Below are positions 45,855 to 58,934 of a DNA stretch of 64,000 bases, piece by piece. The notes under the pieces were generated by a model, which saw nothing but the letters and a program-made list of their open reading frames with translations, did no database searches and was not told the origin of the DNA. Location of the stretch: positions 124,001 through 188,000 of the forward strand of contig QPMI01000638.1 in NCBI GenBank assembly GCA_004431415.1, read 5' to 3'. A program made the position numbers and the translations under genes. Positions within the stretch are counted from its first letter, which is position 1, and each line of letters begins with the position of its first letter. This DNA is from Cyanophora paradoxa CCMP329 (lineage: Eukaryota > Plantae > Glaucophyta).

Positions 45855-48081
45855 ATGGGAGCGCTGCCCGACATGGGCGCTCGGCTCATCGATAGTGCCG
45901 GTCGCATGGTTCCGTACGCCATGCATGCGCTGGTCGCGCGTTGAGGTTGACGCTGAGCATGCAGAGAGTGGCCGCTCGGGACTGGCAGTGGAGTTGCGCC
46001 CCCGACATCCGTCTTGCTAGCCGTGATCGGCAGCGAGCGAAGCGGAAAGAGCACGTTGCTCAACGAACTCCTCGGCACGAGTTTCCCGGTTCACAGACAG
46101 ACGATTGGCGTACAAGCCGGGGAGGTCGACGCCGTCTGCGTGTCTGCTACCGACACAGCCGTCGAAGATCGCGCATTCGTCGCCCTTGACTGCGGCGCTT
46201 CGAAATCTGAGGTCTGATCTCTGCGCCGCCGAGTTCTCAGATCGCTCAATGCTATGCCAGGATCTGCTGCACAAAGTCGGAATGTTCGCGTTGGCTGTGT
46301 CTGACATAGTCGTTGTGAACATGTGGTTCCACGACATCGGCCGGTTCCGTGCATCGAACCACGCCTTGCTCTGTGCTCTCTTTCAGGCTACCAGTCAGAT
46401 TGAAGACCACCCGTGAGATTTCAATCGATGCTTTGTATGATAATGCAAGAACCCACAAAGACTTTCGCAGCACTCGATCGAAGACAGTGATGATTCTTGC
46501 TATCAGAGATGCGGAAATGGAGACGCCCTCGGGAACTCTGCAAGCTCAGGTGATGGCTGATCTTCAAAAACTGTGGGCTAGTGTTCCGAAGGTACATGCT
46601 TAAGCCTGAGCAAAGCAAGTCGCCATTGACCTGCGGTTACAGAGCTCGGCTAATACTACTATTACACTGGAAGATATCTTCGATATCTCCATCGTTATGT
46701 TCCCACATTTCACGTATGCACGCGATGGCTTTTTGGAACAGGTCCGCCGTCTAAAAACCAGGTGCATCTGAGAACTTCTTTGTTCGATGACGGGCTTCCG
46801 ATCCCGTCACCGCAGACTTGAAGATGTGTTGTCGAATGCAGCAATCGGACTACCCACGAGGGAACTGCAGCACTATTGTTCCCGCATGTGGGTACGACGT
46901 GCTGCAGTCTGCCTCCCGTGATGCACCGATTGTTATATGGCAGGAAAGCATTGCAGAAAAGAGAGCAATCAACGTTCTTTCCGAGCAAGAGCTTCTCGCG
47001 GCCTACTTGTGCAATCAGTCCAAGTCAAAAATCCTCCAAGATATCCATGCCCAGCTGCATGAGGCTGTCGGCAAGGAGCGGCATGGATTTTTGCCAGATT
47101 TCGCAGTGAAGGCATGCCAGCTAGTAGAAGAAGGGCTTGGTGAGTCTCGTTGTTGTCTAATCTGCCTGTCCCTCTGTGAAGTACTGCAGATGTGTTCGCA
47201 AAGGAGACTTCATGGTCCAGGAAACACTGGATTGGGTGGGGGCTGCAGCGGAAGGGACTTGTGGAGGGTATGCTGGTGGAGGTCAGTCGAGCATCTGAGC
47301 TGCAAATCCCTCGGATCAAGTAACATTGCTAACAATTTCCCGTGGATTTCAAGACAAACTTCTGATACACACGCAGGACGTTTGTGATTGCTAGTTTCAA
47401 GGACGCCTTGTCTCTCCTTTCCTCCCTTGAGAACCTCGATGAGTGGGCATCAAACTCGATTGAGTCACACGTGCAGCAAGCAAGGGAGCTGATGAGGGGT
47501 GGGCTGGTTTCTTCTTGTAGTCCGTTTTGTGCAGTGACATTTATTGCAGGACTGCAGTTCCAGCCAGACCAGATATCTGATTTGCTTCAGGCCGAGAGCG
47601 TCCATGCTTTTCTTGCCTCTGCTAGCCGGCAGGAGATGGAAGTGCGATCCCTTCACGCCGAGCTGAGTGAAATGCTGATCGAAAGAAAAAATGAGCTTGG
47701 CTTTATCATAGTACGGGCTCTTCGCAAACATTTCCGCTTTCCCGTGTCCATGCTAACCCTCGACTTAGGTTCGGAGCCGCCAAGCGCCTCTTTGTCACGC
47801 CCAACCCTCGGAACGCGAGCCACCGCCTCCCAAGTTCAGCCGTGCTCTCTTTGTTCCTATTCTGTTTTTTTGCGTCGCTGGGGTCCTTTTCGACAATGGC
47901 GAATTCCGCTTCGACCTCTCCAAATGGAACCCATTTGCTCGCCCTGCAGCACACGCTTCAGAGAGCTCACAGTAGCAAACCTCGATCTGGACCAGACGGT
48001 TTTGCCTCAGCCCTACCATCCAACATCAACAAATGCAGGCTAGAGAAATGGAACCCATTCGCTCGCCCTGAAGCACTCTAA
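45855..48081 (+). CDS. RHD3/Sey1 (atlastin-type) GTPase-like protein, divergent
   Basis: LAVIGSERSGKSTLLNELLGTSFPV, FALAVSDIVVVNMWFHDIGRFRASNHALL, AIRD, DLQKLWASVPK, LEDIFDI...PHF, SEQELLAAYLC, C-terminal hydrophobic segment. Confidence 0.88.
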
Positions 48082-48636
48082 CAAACCAAATGTCAGAGTG
48101 CATTTCAGATATGACTCACACGTTATCTGCTAGACCAGTAGCTGTTCGTACTAGCAGTGCAATCCATGGGCTCTCTCTGCTAGACAATACTTAGGGGGCC
48201 ACGCAGCGAGCTCGGTGGGCTGGGCCTGCGGTTGCAGCGGCCGCATGCAGTCACTGAGTGTACATGTATGTCCCACACTAGTACTTGCAATTGTAGCCCG
48301 GACGTACACGGCGTCGTCTGGCGTCGGCATTTCAAGTATACGTACCATACCGTACGTTTACAAAATTAAATGCTAGCTATATAGAGCTAAAAGTCGTCCA
48401 CACAGAATACTGTTTTCATGATCAGAATTCTGATCGTCCTTGGGGTGCCGCCGGACGGCGTGCTGCATGAGCTGCCGGAACCTGCGCAAAATAAGCATCA
48501 AGACCGCGTGGCAGAGGGGGTCGAAACGCAAGACCAGCGTACTCGTAGTGGCGGCAGTCGAGAGCCTGACGCGCCACCCACGGGAGCATCGCCCGCCCCT
48601 TGCGGGCGACCTGCAGGGGAAAGTGAGCGGAATTCT

Positions 48637-48912
48637 CAACTCTGATTCCGATCGTAATCGCAACTCTGATTCCGATCGTAATCGCAACTCTGATTCCGAT
48701 CGTAATCGCAACTCTGATTCCGATCGTAATCGCAACTCTGATTCCGATCGTAATCGCAACTCTGATTCCGATCGTAATCGCAACTCTGATTCCGATCGTA
48801 ATCGCAACTCTGATTCCGATCGTAATCGCAACTCTGATTCCGATCGTAATCGCAACTCTGATTCCGATCGTAATCGCAACTCTGATTCCGATCGTAATCG
48901 CAACTCTGATTC
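48637..48912. repeat. Perfect 24-bp tandem array x 11.5 (CAACTCTGATTCCGATCGTAATCG)
   Basis: Directly visible; units identical, no spacers. Confidence 0.97.
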
Positions 48913-49173
48913 GGGACCACCGCTCCCCCTGCAAGTAAATGGCAGTTTTGTGCTTTGTATGTTCACTATGATATGCACAATATATTTGGCAGCTATAGCT
49001 ATAGCTATGCATGTAGCTAGCACTAGCGCTCAAGCCGTAGCTAGCCGAGCCACGTTCAATGTGGGTGGGCACTGGGCTCAACGCAACGACTGCAGCTGCT
49101 CTGTTTTTTTAAATACTACTACACGACAGAAGGGATAACGAGCTTGCCGAAAAAGCACGCCGGCAGAACACGA

Positions 49174-49563
49174 TCAATCGAGCACGAGACTCTTCCGTCG
49201 AAGGTCTGCCTTGGCACGCTGGACGTCCTGCAAGGCAGGTCATGAACGATTGATCGAATCTGCTGAAAATGGCCCGAGCGCGAACCCTCTTCAGCTCTTC
49301 GGCCTCTTCCGGGTACTCGCGGAAAGAAATGAGCCCCCAGGCAATGCTGGCCAGCGAGTACGCTCCAAACGATACCAGGGCGTACAGCGGCATCTGCGCG
49401 AAAGGCGCCCGTCAGTCACGCCGTTAGCAAACCCAAGCAGTATTCGCACCATGCGAGCTACGCCTCGAGAGCGCTCGTCGAGCGCGGCAGCATCGCTGAG
49501 AAGAGCCATCCACGCGGCGAGCGCGACCGCTACGACCGCCGTCGCTTTGACAACTTTCCTCAT
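49174..49563 (-). CDS. DPM3: Dolichol-phosphate mannosyltransferase subunit 3
   Basis: Three exons: MRKVVK...AAWMALL / MPLYALVSFGAYSLASIAWGLISFREYPEEAEELKR / DVQRAKADLRRKSLVLD*. Confidence 0.9.
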
Positions 49564-50233
49564 CCTCAGCTGGGCTCCTCAGGGACCAAGCGACCCGCGA
49601 GCTTAGCCGTGCCACAGGCCGATCGACGATGCTGATAACGTGACCTCTAGCTGATTACTAGTTGATGTCTAAATTGCAATCAATGCTCCCTTCGCGCTTC
49701 GCACATGCGAGCGAGCCAGCGCGCGCGGCCGATCAAATTCACGGTTTATTCACCGCCGAAGGGGGTACGGGTGCAAACGCCAGGAGCGCCACAGCTGGAT
49801 CATCGGATCGCGCGAGCATGCGCATTTGGACACGTACTAAAAACGAAAGTCCGTGCTACAAGTGAGGGAATGTACTGCGCCCAGCCCACCAGCGAACGTA
49901 CTGGCCGACAGGGCCCTGTACATGTGTGGCCCCTGAATGAGAGTAATGCACCTCCCCGCGGACATTTGATACGATTCTTAAACATTCTTATTGAATATTA
50001 CATGTATCAAAAGGACTAGGCTCGATAGAGCGTCACGTTCCACATTGACTCAGAATAGGATGCGTTCGGGCAGTCCGACGATGCGGACAACGACAAAATT
50101 CCCAAGAATTCGGGCAGTACGACGATGCGGGCAGTCCCTCGAAGCCCCCAACAAATTCCCAAGTCTATATGCATTCCTTGCCGTGAAATCCTTGAAATGG
50201 ACTCGAGGGGACTCCGCAAACAAAAAGCAACAA

Positions 50234-53200
50234 TTACAGCTTGTCCAGGAAGCGGTCAAGCGGGGGAATGCCCTCCTGGAGACCCTTCCGCTTGCGAGTG
50301 CCGAGGATGATCTGCTCGACCTTGCCACCGGCCTCGAAAGGATCGCCACCAAGAATCGCCCAGTGGTCGAACACCATCTGCGGGAACGCCTGGCCGGAAG
50401 TGGCCGCACGGAGGTCCGAGGTGAAACCTGCCAAGCGCATTACATCGGATAGCAGTGCGTGTGCTTAAAGGTACACACCGAAGGACTCGTTGACGGGCAA
50501 GTACGCCTTGACGTTGTAAAGCGGGGTGCCTGGCCGCTGCTCCTCGGCGATAATGACACCACGCTTCCTGTTCAGCACGGAGTAGATGCCACCGATGGCG
50601 TTCTCGGGCGTCTGGATCTCGCACTGCGGATGCCGAGTGAGTGGCGCGCGCAAACCCGTAACGGGCAAAAGATTACCAGGTACACGGGCTCCATAAGCCG
50701 GGGCGCGGCAGTCAGCTCCGCGGCGTAGTAGACACGGCGGGCAGTGGGGATGATCTGGCCACCGCCGCGGTGGATAGCGTCGGCGTGCAGCACGACATCC
50801 ATAACGTTGAAGCGAATGGCGCGCATGTTCTCCTCGCACAAGGCGCCCTCCTTGGTCGCCCACTGGAAGGCGGCGACGCAGGAATCCTTGATCTCGTTAA
50901 GGTACTGGACGGCCTGCAAACGTGGCGTCGGCAAGACGCCCCCTCACTGCGCGGGAGGAAACCGACTGACCTTGGTAGTGTCGACAAGAACGTTGGGGCC
51001 GTTGGTGTCAGGGCCGAAAGTCCAGATCTTGCGGGCCTCGGTAACATCCCAGCCGAACTCATCGGCCATGATCTTCGAGCGGATCTTCGGGTCGTCGCGG
51101 GGGTTGACCTTGCCGCTCTCGATGGCCTCAGCAAGGCCCTCGGCGAAAGGCTCGGCCTCGCAGTAAATGCGGTTGTGCTTGTTCGGAGACTTCGACAGGC
51201 ACGTCTGGTTGGACTTCGTCGAGACGGTCTCACGGTACGACACGACGGGGTCGTTGATCTGTCCACCGCGTGAGCCGGAGGAGATTCAACCACAGCAAAC
51301 GAACGCCCACGGACCTTCAGGTCGATGCCCGCGAACTCCTCCTGCAGATCCTTGAGGCAAATCTCAAGGTGGAGCTCACCAACACCAGCGACGATGTGCT
51401 CGCCGGACTCCTCAGTGTAGCACTGCACGCAGGGGTCCGACTTCGACAGGCGCTTAAGGCCCTCAACAAGCTTGGGCAGATCGCTGGGAAAACAAAAGAA
51501 TGAGAAGCCCGAAAGGACGCACGAACCGCAACACACGCACCCGGGGTTCTTCGGCTCGACGGCGACACGCACGACGGGGGACACAGAGAACTTCATGACC
51601 TTGATGTTGTGCGCGACTTCGGAGTCGGAGATAGTGCCGGACTTCACGAGGAACTGGTCCATGCCTGCTCGATGATCAAAAACCACGACTTCGCAGGCGT
51701 TGCGATTGGGCGGACCGACAAGGCCGCAAGTGTTGCCGCAAGGAATGTCCTCAACAGCCTCGACGTAACGCCCCATCATGATAACGGTGCGCTGGATGTT
51801 CTTCACGAAGAGGTCATCCTGTTGATAGGGTGAGACGCACTACAACCATTTTGCTTGAGCTGCACAAACCTTCTTGCCGGGAACGTAGTTGGGGCCCATG
51901 ATGCGGGCCTTCATGCCGGTGCGAATGGTTCCCGAGAAGACACGGCCGAAGGCGTAGAAGCGACCACGGTCGGAGGTCGGCACCATCTTCGAGACGTACA
52001 TCATCAGGGGGCCCTTCGGGTCGCAGTTGCGCATGCCAACCGCGCACTGAAATCGCGAGTGAGATTCTGTCAAAAAAGAAGGGGAAAGGAAGCATGTTAC
52101 CTCGTCGTCAAGGGGACCCTCGTAAAGAGTGTCCACACGGTACTTCTGGGCAATGACGGGCGACGGAAGGTGGAGCACAATCATATCCAGGAGCGACTCG
52201 GCGACCGGGAGGAACTTGGTCATGACCGCCTTCATCAGGGCACGGCCTATCCATCTCGATGAGTCGAGATAGACACGAAAGCAGGAAAAAGCACGAACCA
52301 GTCAGGTCCTTCTCCTCCGTGGCGAGCTTGATGTTCAGGGCCTTGAACATCTTCTCCATCTTCTCCTTGTCGACGTTCTGGACAGCCTGCAGCAGCTGGG
52401 CAAGCGGCTCCCAGATGAACTGGACGAAAGCGCGCTTGAGGGGCTTGCCCTGCCGACCGCGCGAATGAGATTAGCAACGCTTCACGCTTCGGATCCAGGA
52501 CGAAGCGCACGGCGGACGACTGGTTATTAGAAGTCCACTTCTTGCCCTCGGCATCAAAGTAGGAGTCACCCCAGAGGCGCTCGCACATCTTCTTCTCGTC
52601 GACGCCGAACTTCGCCGCGTACATCTTGGCGAAGCGGTCGAGGGTGAAGCCCCACTGGTGGTAGCCCGAGCCGAAGCAGACGGTGCCCTGTCACACGCAA
52701 CCTTCAACGACCTGGTAGGGCCCTCGGGAGGTCAAGCCAGTGCACCTTCTCCGGGTTGATCTGAATGTCGCCGATCGCGGCATCCATGTATGTTGCGATA
52801 ATGACGTTGACGTTCTCGATGGTCTTCTTGAAGTTCTGCAAGGAAGACCGACCCATGAGCGGCACGATCGCGCAAGCGATCGTGTCGCAAGTCGAACCTG
52901 GAACGCCTCCTCGCCGTCCTGCTGAAGCTCGAGGAACGCACGGTCCACCTTGTTGACCATGAGCACCGGCTTCACACGCTCACCGAGCGCCTGGCGGAGC
53001 ACAGTCTCGGTCTGGACGCACACGCCCTCGACGCAGTCGACGACGACGAGAGCGCCGTCCGTCACACGCAGAGCGGCCGTCACTTCAGAGCTGAAGTCGA
53101 CGTGCCCGGGGGAGTCGATGAGGTTGATCAGGAAAGAGTTGCGCTGGCCCTCCTTCAGGTGGGTGCGCTCGCGGTCGACCTCGTAGTAAAGCGACACGCC

Positions 53201-53752
53201 GGTGGACTTGATGGTAATACCGCGCTCCTGCTCATCAGCGCGCGAGTCCGTGAAGCGCATGTCGCCGGCCTTGGCCGACGCGATAATGCCGGCCTTGCAC
53301 ACGAGCGAGTCCTGCGAGCCGCAGAGTCACGGCGACGCGCTAGCGCTGACAAGCGCTGCTCGGACTTGCCGTGAGGGTCGACTTGCCGTGGTCGACGCTG
53401 CGAGCCCGCGCGTCAGGAGGATCGCGGTCATCGGGATCATGGGGGCGGCGAGGCGACGCACTGCGCGATCACCGACATGCATCGGATGTTGTCGCGGAAA
53501 TCCATGATCTCACGGATCTCTGCGGGGGCGTCAGAATGGGGACGCCGGGGACGGCGCGAGGAACTCACGATCGACTGCGAGGACGAACGCCGAGGGGGAG
53601 GAAGACATTCGCCAGTATCAGTCCATGCATAGGCTTCGCAAGCGCGGGCGAAGCGGGCGGGAGGGCACCTGAGAAGTTCACCTGCGAATCGCGCGGGGGC
53701 GGTCAGCGTGGATCCGGCGAGGGGCGCGCGCGTGCCCAGCGAGACGCACCAT
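50234..53752 (-). CDS. EEF2: Eukaryotic translation elongation factor 2
   Basis: MVNFSVDQIR...[49 protein letters not shown], diphthamide loop [24 protein letters not shown]...RFLDKL*. Confidence 0.98.
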
Positions 53753-53904
53753 CTTGACGGATCCTCCTTCTCACACGCTCACAAGGGAAGCCCGAAGATG
53801 GGCTGGGGGGCCAACTAGGGCCGATCGAGTGGTCCGGTTGTTAGAACCGGAGAACAGGGGGTCGGGCACTGACGATCGCAGATCGCAGTACCCCGGGCCG
53901 GGGA

Positions 53905-54912
53905 TCAGCTGAGTCAGCTGGCAGCCGCGGCTGCAGCAGCTCCTAAGGCAGCCGGTCGTAGTTCCTCTCCCGAGTTCTGGGAGGCGAGGAAGGCGGAGTG
54001 GGAGGCGGAGTGGGAGGCGGGGCGGGAGGAGCGGAAGCGAGCAGCCAAGGCCGCAGCCGAGGCCGCAGCCGAGCTCGCAGCCGAGGCCGCAGCCGAGGCC
54101 GCAGCCGAGGCCGCAGCCGAGGCCGCAGCCGAGGCCGCAGCCGAGACCGCAGCCGAGGCCGCAGCCAAGGCCGCAGCCAAGGCCGCCGAGGCCGCAGCCA
54201 GGGCCGCAGCCAAGGCCGCCGCCGAGTTCACGGAGTCCAAGGCCAGAGCCAAGGCCAGAGCTGAGGCCGCAGCCAGGGCCGCAGCCGAGACCCCAGCCGA
54301 GGCCGCAGCCAAGGCCGCAGCAAAAGACTTCATGCGGGAGATGTGCCGTGGGAGACCCGTCCCCCCCGGAAGTGATCTTGCGCTCAGCCGTAGACACATG
54401 TTGTCGTAGACGGGAAAAAAATGAACATCGTCCATCGACTACATCAAGCTCGGGCGCGCGACGCCCCGCCACCGCAAGGAAGCGCTCGCCGCGCTCCTTC
54501 CGCGGGGGGATCGCCTCTTGCCTGCGCCCGGCCTCCCCGCTCGCACGCCCCCGCCGGCGCCCGACCGCAAGGCGCCGGACGAGCTCGTTGTTCGCCATGT
54601 TCTGTTTCGACTCTGATTCGACTTGCACAGGTCAACAATTGGATTGTGGCGGAGGACGCACGCGAGGCAAAGCGGGAGCTCGAGGAGCGTGCAGCGGGAG
54701 GCGAAGCAGCAGGAGCGGGAGGCGAAGGAGCGGGAGCGGGAGGCGACGCAGCAGGAGCGGGAAGCCAAGAAGCGGAAGCGGGAGGCGGAGCGGGAGGCGA
54801 AGGAACAGGAGCGGGAGGCGAAGCAGCAGGGGCGGGAGGCGAAGCAGCAGCGGGAGGCGGGAGGCGGGAGGCGAACCCAGAGCTTGATGAGATTTTTGAC
54901 CTTCCTTCATAA
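53905..54912 (+). pseudogene. Low-complexity helical-repeat ORF remnant (AAEA / EREAK repeats)
   Basis: 12-bp GAGGCCGCAGCC array and ~21-bp GAGCGGGAGGCGAAG units. An internal TAG (~54406) and an apparent frameshift (~54690) break the frame. Confidence 0.35.
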
Positions 54913-56269
54913 TCGATCTCGCCCTCGATACTCTGTTGCCAAACTTGCTGGGCTGGCGACTTCAGCTACCGCTTATTCTAGCCTAGTAGCTCAGCAACTC
55001 ACGCGCTCAGGCGGCTATAGCTAAAGCTTGGGTCATCGGGTCGGACTTCGATTTGGAGGGGCCCAACTTTGATTTAATTTGGACTTGCTGAGGTTTTAAC
55101 GGCGACTTTGAATTCTTGCGACTTCAATATTTTGGGCCATGGGGTCGCCGAGTCGGACTAGTTCGCGAGGGGCGGAGGCTAACTCCATGTCGGGCCCCTG
55201 CCAGGCCGCCACTGCAGCCGAAGCGGCCACTAGACACGATGCTGCACCCGCCATGCGGGCACCTGCATGTCTCAACTTGGCAAGGAGGCGCATCACTCCC
55301 CTTAAGCTTAGGCCTTGGGCCAGCCCGTGGCCAGTTTGCAATTGCAATGTTACTTGCTGGTTGGCTGGCCCCACGCGTATACGTACGTGCACGCGTACGG
55401 GCGGCAAGCGCTATATATAGCTAGCGCTGCTGCAGTGTATACTTAAGCTTAAGCTTACATCCCACACTTGTATACGTATACGTACGTAAACGTTAACATG
55501 TATACTCTTGCTTGATTGCAATTGCAGAAGCTCTAACCAACATGTACAGCAGCTTCGTACCCCAGCGGCCACTAGCCATGGCCATGGGCCATGCCCCAAA
55601 TTGTGGCATGGGCACCTGTTTACGTATATTACGTACACGTATACAAAGCTATATATAGCTATATAGATAGCTAGCTGTACGGTAGTGTCTGCCAGGCTGC
55701 CGCAATGTGCATCATGGCATTACTCTCTTAAGGCCGTGGGGCTAGGGGGCCACCGGGCCACGCAGGCCTAGGGCCCAGCCCGGGGCCAGCACTGGCCAGC
55801 TTGCAATTGCTGCCAGGCTGATTGGCTGGCCGGCGCCTGTGGCTGCTCAGCGGCTCTTGCCGCAGGGTACATCCCTCACTTTTAAGCCGGGGCTTGCGTT
55901 TCAAGAACACTCTAAATGCTGGTGTAAATGAATGCGAACTTCGGAACACTGCAGCAGTTCAAAGTGGGGCCCCAAAATCAAGCTCGTGGCAGCCTGGCAG
56001 AGAAAGACCTTTGGACCAATCACGAGTTCCCCAAGGCTACCCCGACGTCGACTTGGCGAATAATAAGCTGAGCATCCCATTCAATGATTCCAGCTTGCCT
56101 TGTGCCACCCTGCCACACCCTATCTCCCTCTCACACGTGCACGCCTGTGGGAGCGGGGGAGGCTGTATTCCCGTTTCTCTTTCTTAGTGGCCCGGCCCTT
56201 CATGGCGGCGAACGGCCGCAGCCCAGGGGAGCCCTCGCCGAGTCGGGCAAGGCCCGCTCGTGGCCCTTC

Positions 56270-56478
56270 GTGGCGGCGAACGGGCGAGCCTTCAGCTCCC
56301 GCAGTGCAGGCAAGGCCCGCTCGCTTGGCCTGGTAAAGCAATAGAAGACTTCGATTTCGACCCCTCGCTTTCAACTTCCGAGTTGCCTATGAGAGCCCAT
56401 GGATTGCTCAGCGAACACTGCTAGTCCGAACAGCTACTGGTCTAGTCCAGATATCGCGTGTGTCGTATCTGAAATGCA
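56270..56478 (+). repeat. R2 copy
   Basis: Matches 40284-40502 and 61503-61825. Confidence 0.85.
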
Positions 56479-56620
56479 ATCCGCCACAGTGCTAGCTATC
56501 CATGATCAAAAAACATTGAACCCTACACCACCCCAGAAACCAAACAAATTCGCTTTTCAAGCTTGATTAAATATAAGTATTCTCTCACAGGGCGACTCTC
56601 ACAGTACTGTAATTCAACTC

Positions 56621-58259
56621 TCATCGCCTGTATCGATCGCGAGAACGGGAGCGTGAGCGTGATCGCGCTCGACGATCCCTGTAGCGATCTGCGAAAAAAT
56701 AGCAAGACACAATAAGCAGCAACATAACGTGTTTATGTACGTAGAACACATACCTCTCCTATCCCGGTCATAGTCTCTTGATGGCGACCTCGACCGGCGC
56801 CTGTAACGATCATCATAGCGCGGACTGCGATCTCGGTCCCTTCGGGGCGACCTGCGGTCTCTGTGGCAAGTCAAGACCACGTTCCGCATGTGCCCGCGCA
56901 AGTTCAGATGCAACGTACCGATCCATTCCACGTTGAGGCAGCCGCGTGCCCATGTACACGCCCGGGGTTGGGGAGTGAGCTTTTTTGGTGACCTGTGACG
57001 TCAACGTTAGATGTGCAGTTTCAGGCGGGCAGCAAATTGGGCTAGATTTACCGAAAAGTCGACACGAATCGGCCTCCCATCAACTTCCTGCACATCAGGT
57101 TGGCTAAATTGACACTTGTTGCGCGGGAACAAGAGCACCTTGCCGTGGAGTTTTTCCTTTGCCTTAGCGGCATCCTCAACTGATTTGAAATACACGAAGC
57201 AAAACCCCTTCATCTTGTTCGTCTGCAGAAGCCGACATCATCTATCAGAGTCGGAAAACATAGGAACTAGGTCTGGCTATTTAAGAGTCGAGTTTGCTAG
57301 CCCAGAAAGCATCTAAAATAGCAGAATATCGTCCCGCGGCACAGCAAAGCGCGATGCATCGTGCCGACGCCCTGCTGTTTAAAGCGAGACAAAAATCTCG
57401 CATCGCATGTAAACTACATGTGGGCATCGAAGCGGCCCAGTGTAGGGGTAGCGATGCGTTTGACGCAGTGTTTTGCCTTACTAGACGCAGGGGGCATTCA
57501 TTAAAGGCGAGGGGATTTCTCGATCGAACCTGGCGGTCATATATAAAGTGAATCGAATCGAACCCGTCGCAGGCCTCGCACATTCCGCGGACCAGCCCTT
57601 CATCTGTGGAAGGGGGAAGACCAAACATCCCGAGGCATCGGTCTGGTTGCGGGGCCTCCCGCTGCGCAGGGATGCCCCCGCTTTGTTACCATTCGCGAAC
57701 AAAACGCGGGCGAAAGGGAAATTTCGACGGGGAAGTGCGATTATGCGTTTCCGCTCCGTGCAAAGAGGCAAGGGCACAAGCCGCCCGTGACTCGTTCGAA
57801 GAGCGTTCAATATGGCATCCGTGTAATGCAGTGGAGGCAGAGAATGCCCCCGCCGATTCGAAAGATACGGATGCGCTGGCGCATCCCAGAGAAAGCACAA
57901 AAGCTCTCACCGCGAATCGACTAGGAGCGGCTGGCCGAAGAGGCGAGCGCCTGCAAATCGATGAGCTCGGGGAAGTAGAACGGTTTTGGACGTCGCTGCA
58001 AGCACACCGAGGGGATTTCGAACGACTTCGGCTCCGACGAATCCTCTTCGGGGACGGAGAGCGATCACGATCCCGCTCCCGCTTTCGGGTGGGCGACGCG
58101 TCGTGCCTGCGCGAACGTCGGCGCGGAAGGAGAATAACGCGAGGTGATCGAACCTGGACGACGCAGTCGCGTGCACGGGAGAGCGATCTCGGGACTGCGA
58201 TGAATGACAATGAGATTCGAGATTTAGGTGGCGAGACACCCATCGCGCACGTCGCTCAT
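56621..58259 (-). CDS. TRA2: Transformer-2-like SR splicing factor (RS-RRM-RS)
   Basis: RS domain; RRM CLGMFGL...IYDRQ/TNKMKGFCFVYF...EVDGRPIRVDFS; Tra2 linker VTKKAHSPTPGVYMG; second RS domain. Confidence 0.92.
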
Positions 58260-58526
58260 CGACAACCACGGCTCGGAAATGCTCAGGCTATCCGCAAGGG
58301 CAAAGCTGGATTGTGGTCTGGAACTTTTCTCGCCCTGCTGTCCCCTCGCAAGGCTGGATTGGGGTTTCAAGCTTTTCTCAATTATGTATTGTACCCCGCA
58401 AAATTTTGTAATGTACCCCTCTTCGTTGCCTGTACGTACCCCTGGACTCAAATGGGAAGTCCGACCCCAAGACTCGAGCCCGCGACGGCCCGGGCCGGCG
58501 CGGCGGAGCTTATAATTCAATGATTA

Positions 58527-58870
58527 GGTCGGACGTCCTTGACTACGATTACCGTAGTACGATTAGCTAGGGGGTTGGGCGCCGGCGACCGAGCTCGAGC
58601 TTAGGTCGGATTTCGACGTCCAACACGTATGGTCCTTGTAGTGCAATTGATTATGATTACGATTCAATGATTAGGTATAGGGGGCTGGCCATGGGCGAAC
58701 GTCCTTGATTACGAGTACGATAAGCTTTAAGGGGGTTGGGTGACGGAGCTTAGGTCAGACGTCTTTGATTACGATTACGATTAGGGGGTTGGGCGACTGA
58801 GCTTCGCAGAGTCGGTCGGACGTCCTTGATTACGTATACGATTACGATTAGCTAGCGCTATATAGGGGGT
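58527..58870. repeat. Degenerate tandem repeat (GACGTCCTTGATTACGATTACGATTAGGGGGTTGGG, ~4-5 units)
   Basis: Recurrent motif; related sequence at 41333-41352. Confidence 0.75.
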
Positions 58871-58934
58871 TACGAGACGCGATGCCACACCCGCAGTGCA
58901 CGCGGGTATACGTACATATAGTTTTAGCTAGCTA

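Noticed and set aside
48637-48912. CRISPR array or telomeric tract
   Set aside because: The units are identical with no unique spacers, there are no cas genes, the context is eukaryotic, and there is no TTAGGG-like G-run unit.
53575-53668. Intronic snoRNA in the longer eEF2 intron
   Set aside because: No convincing C/D or H/ACA box pair in 94 nt.
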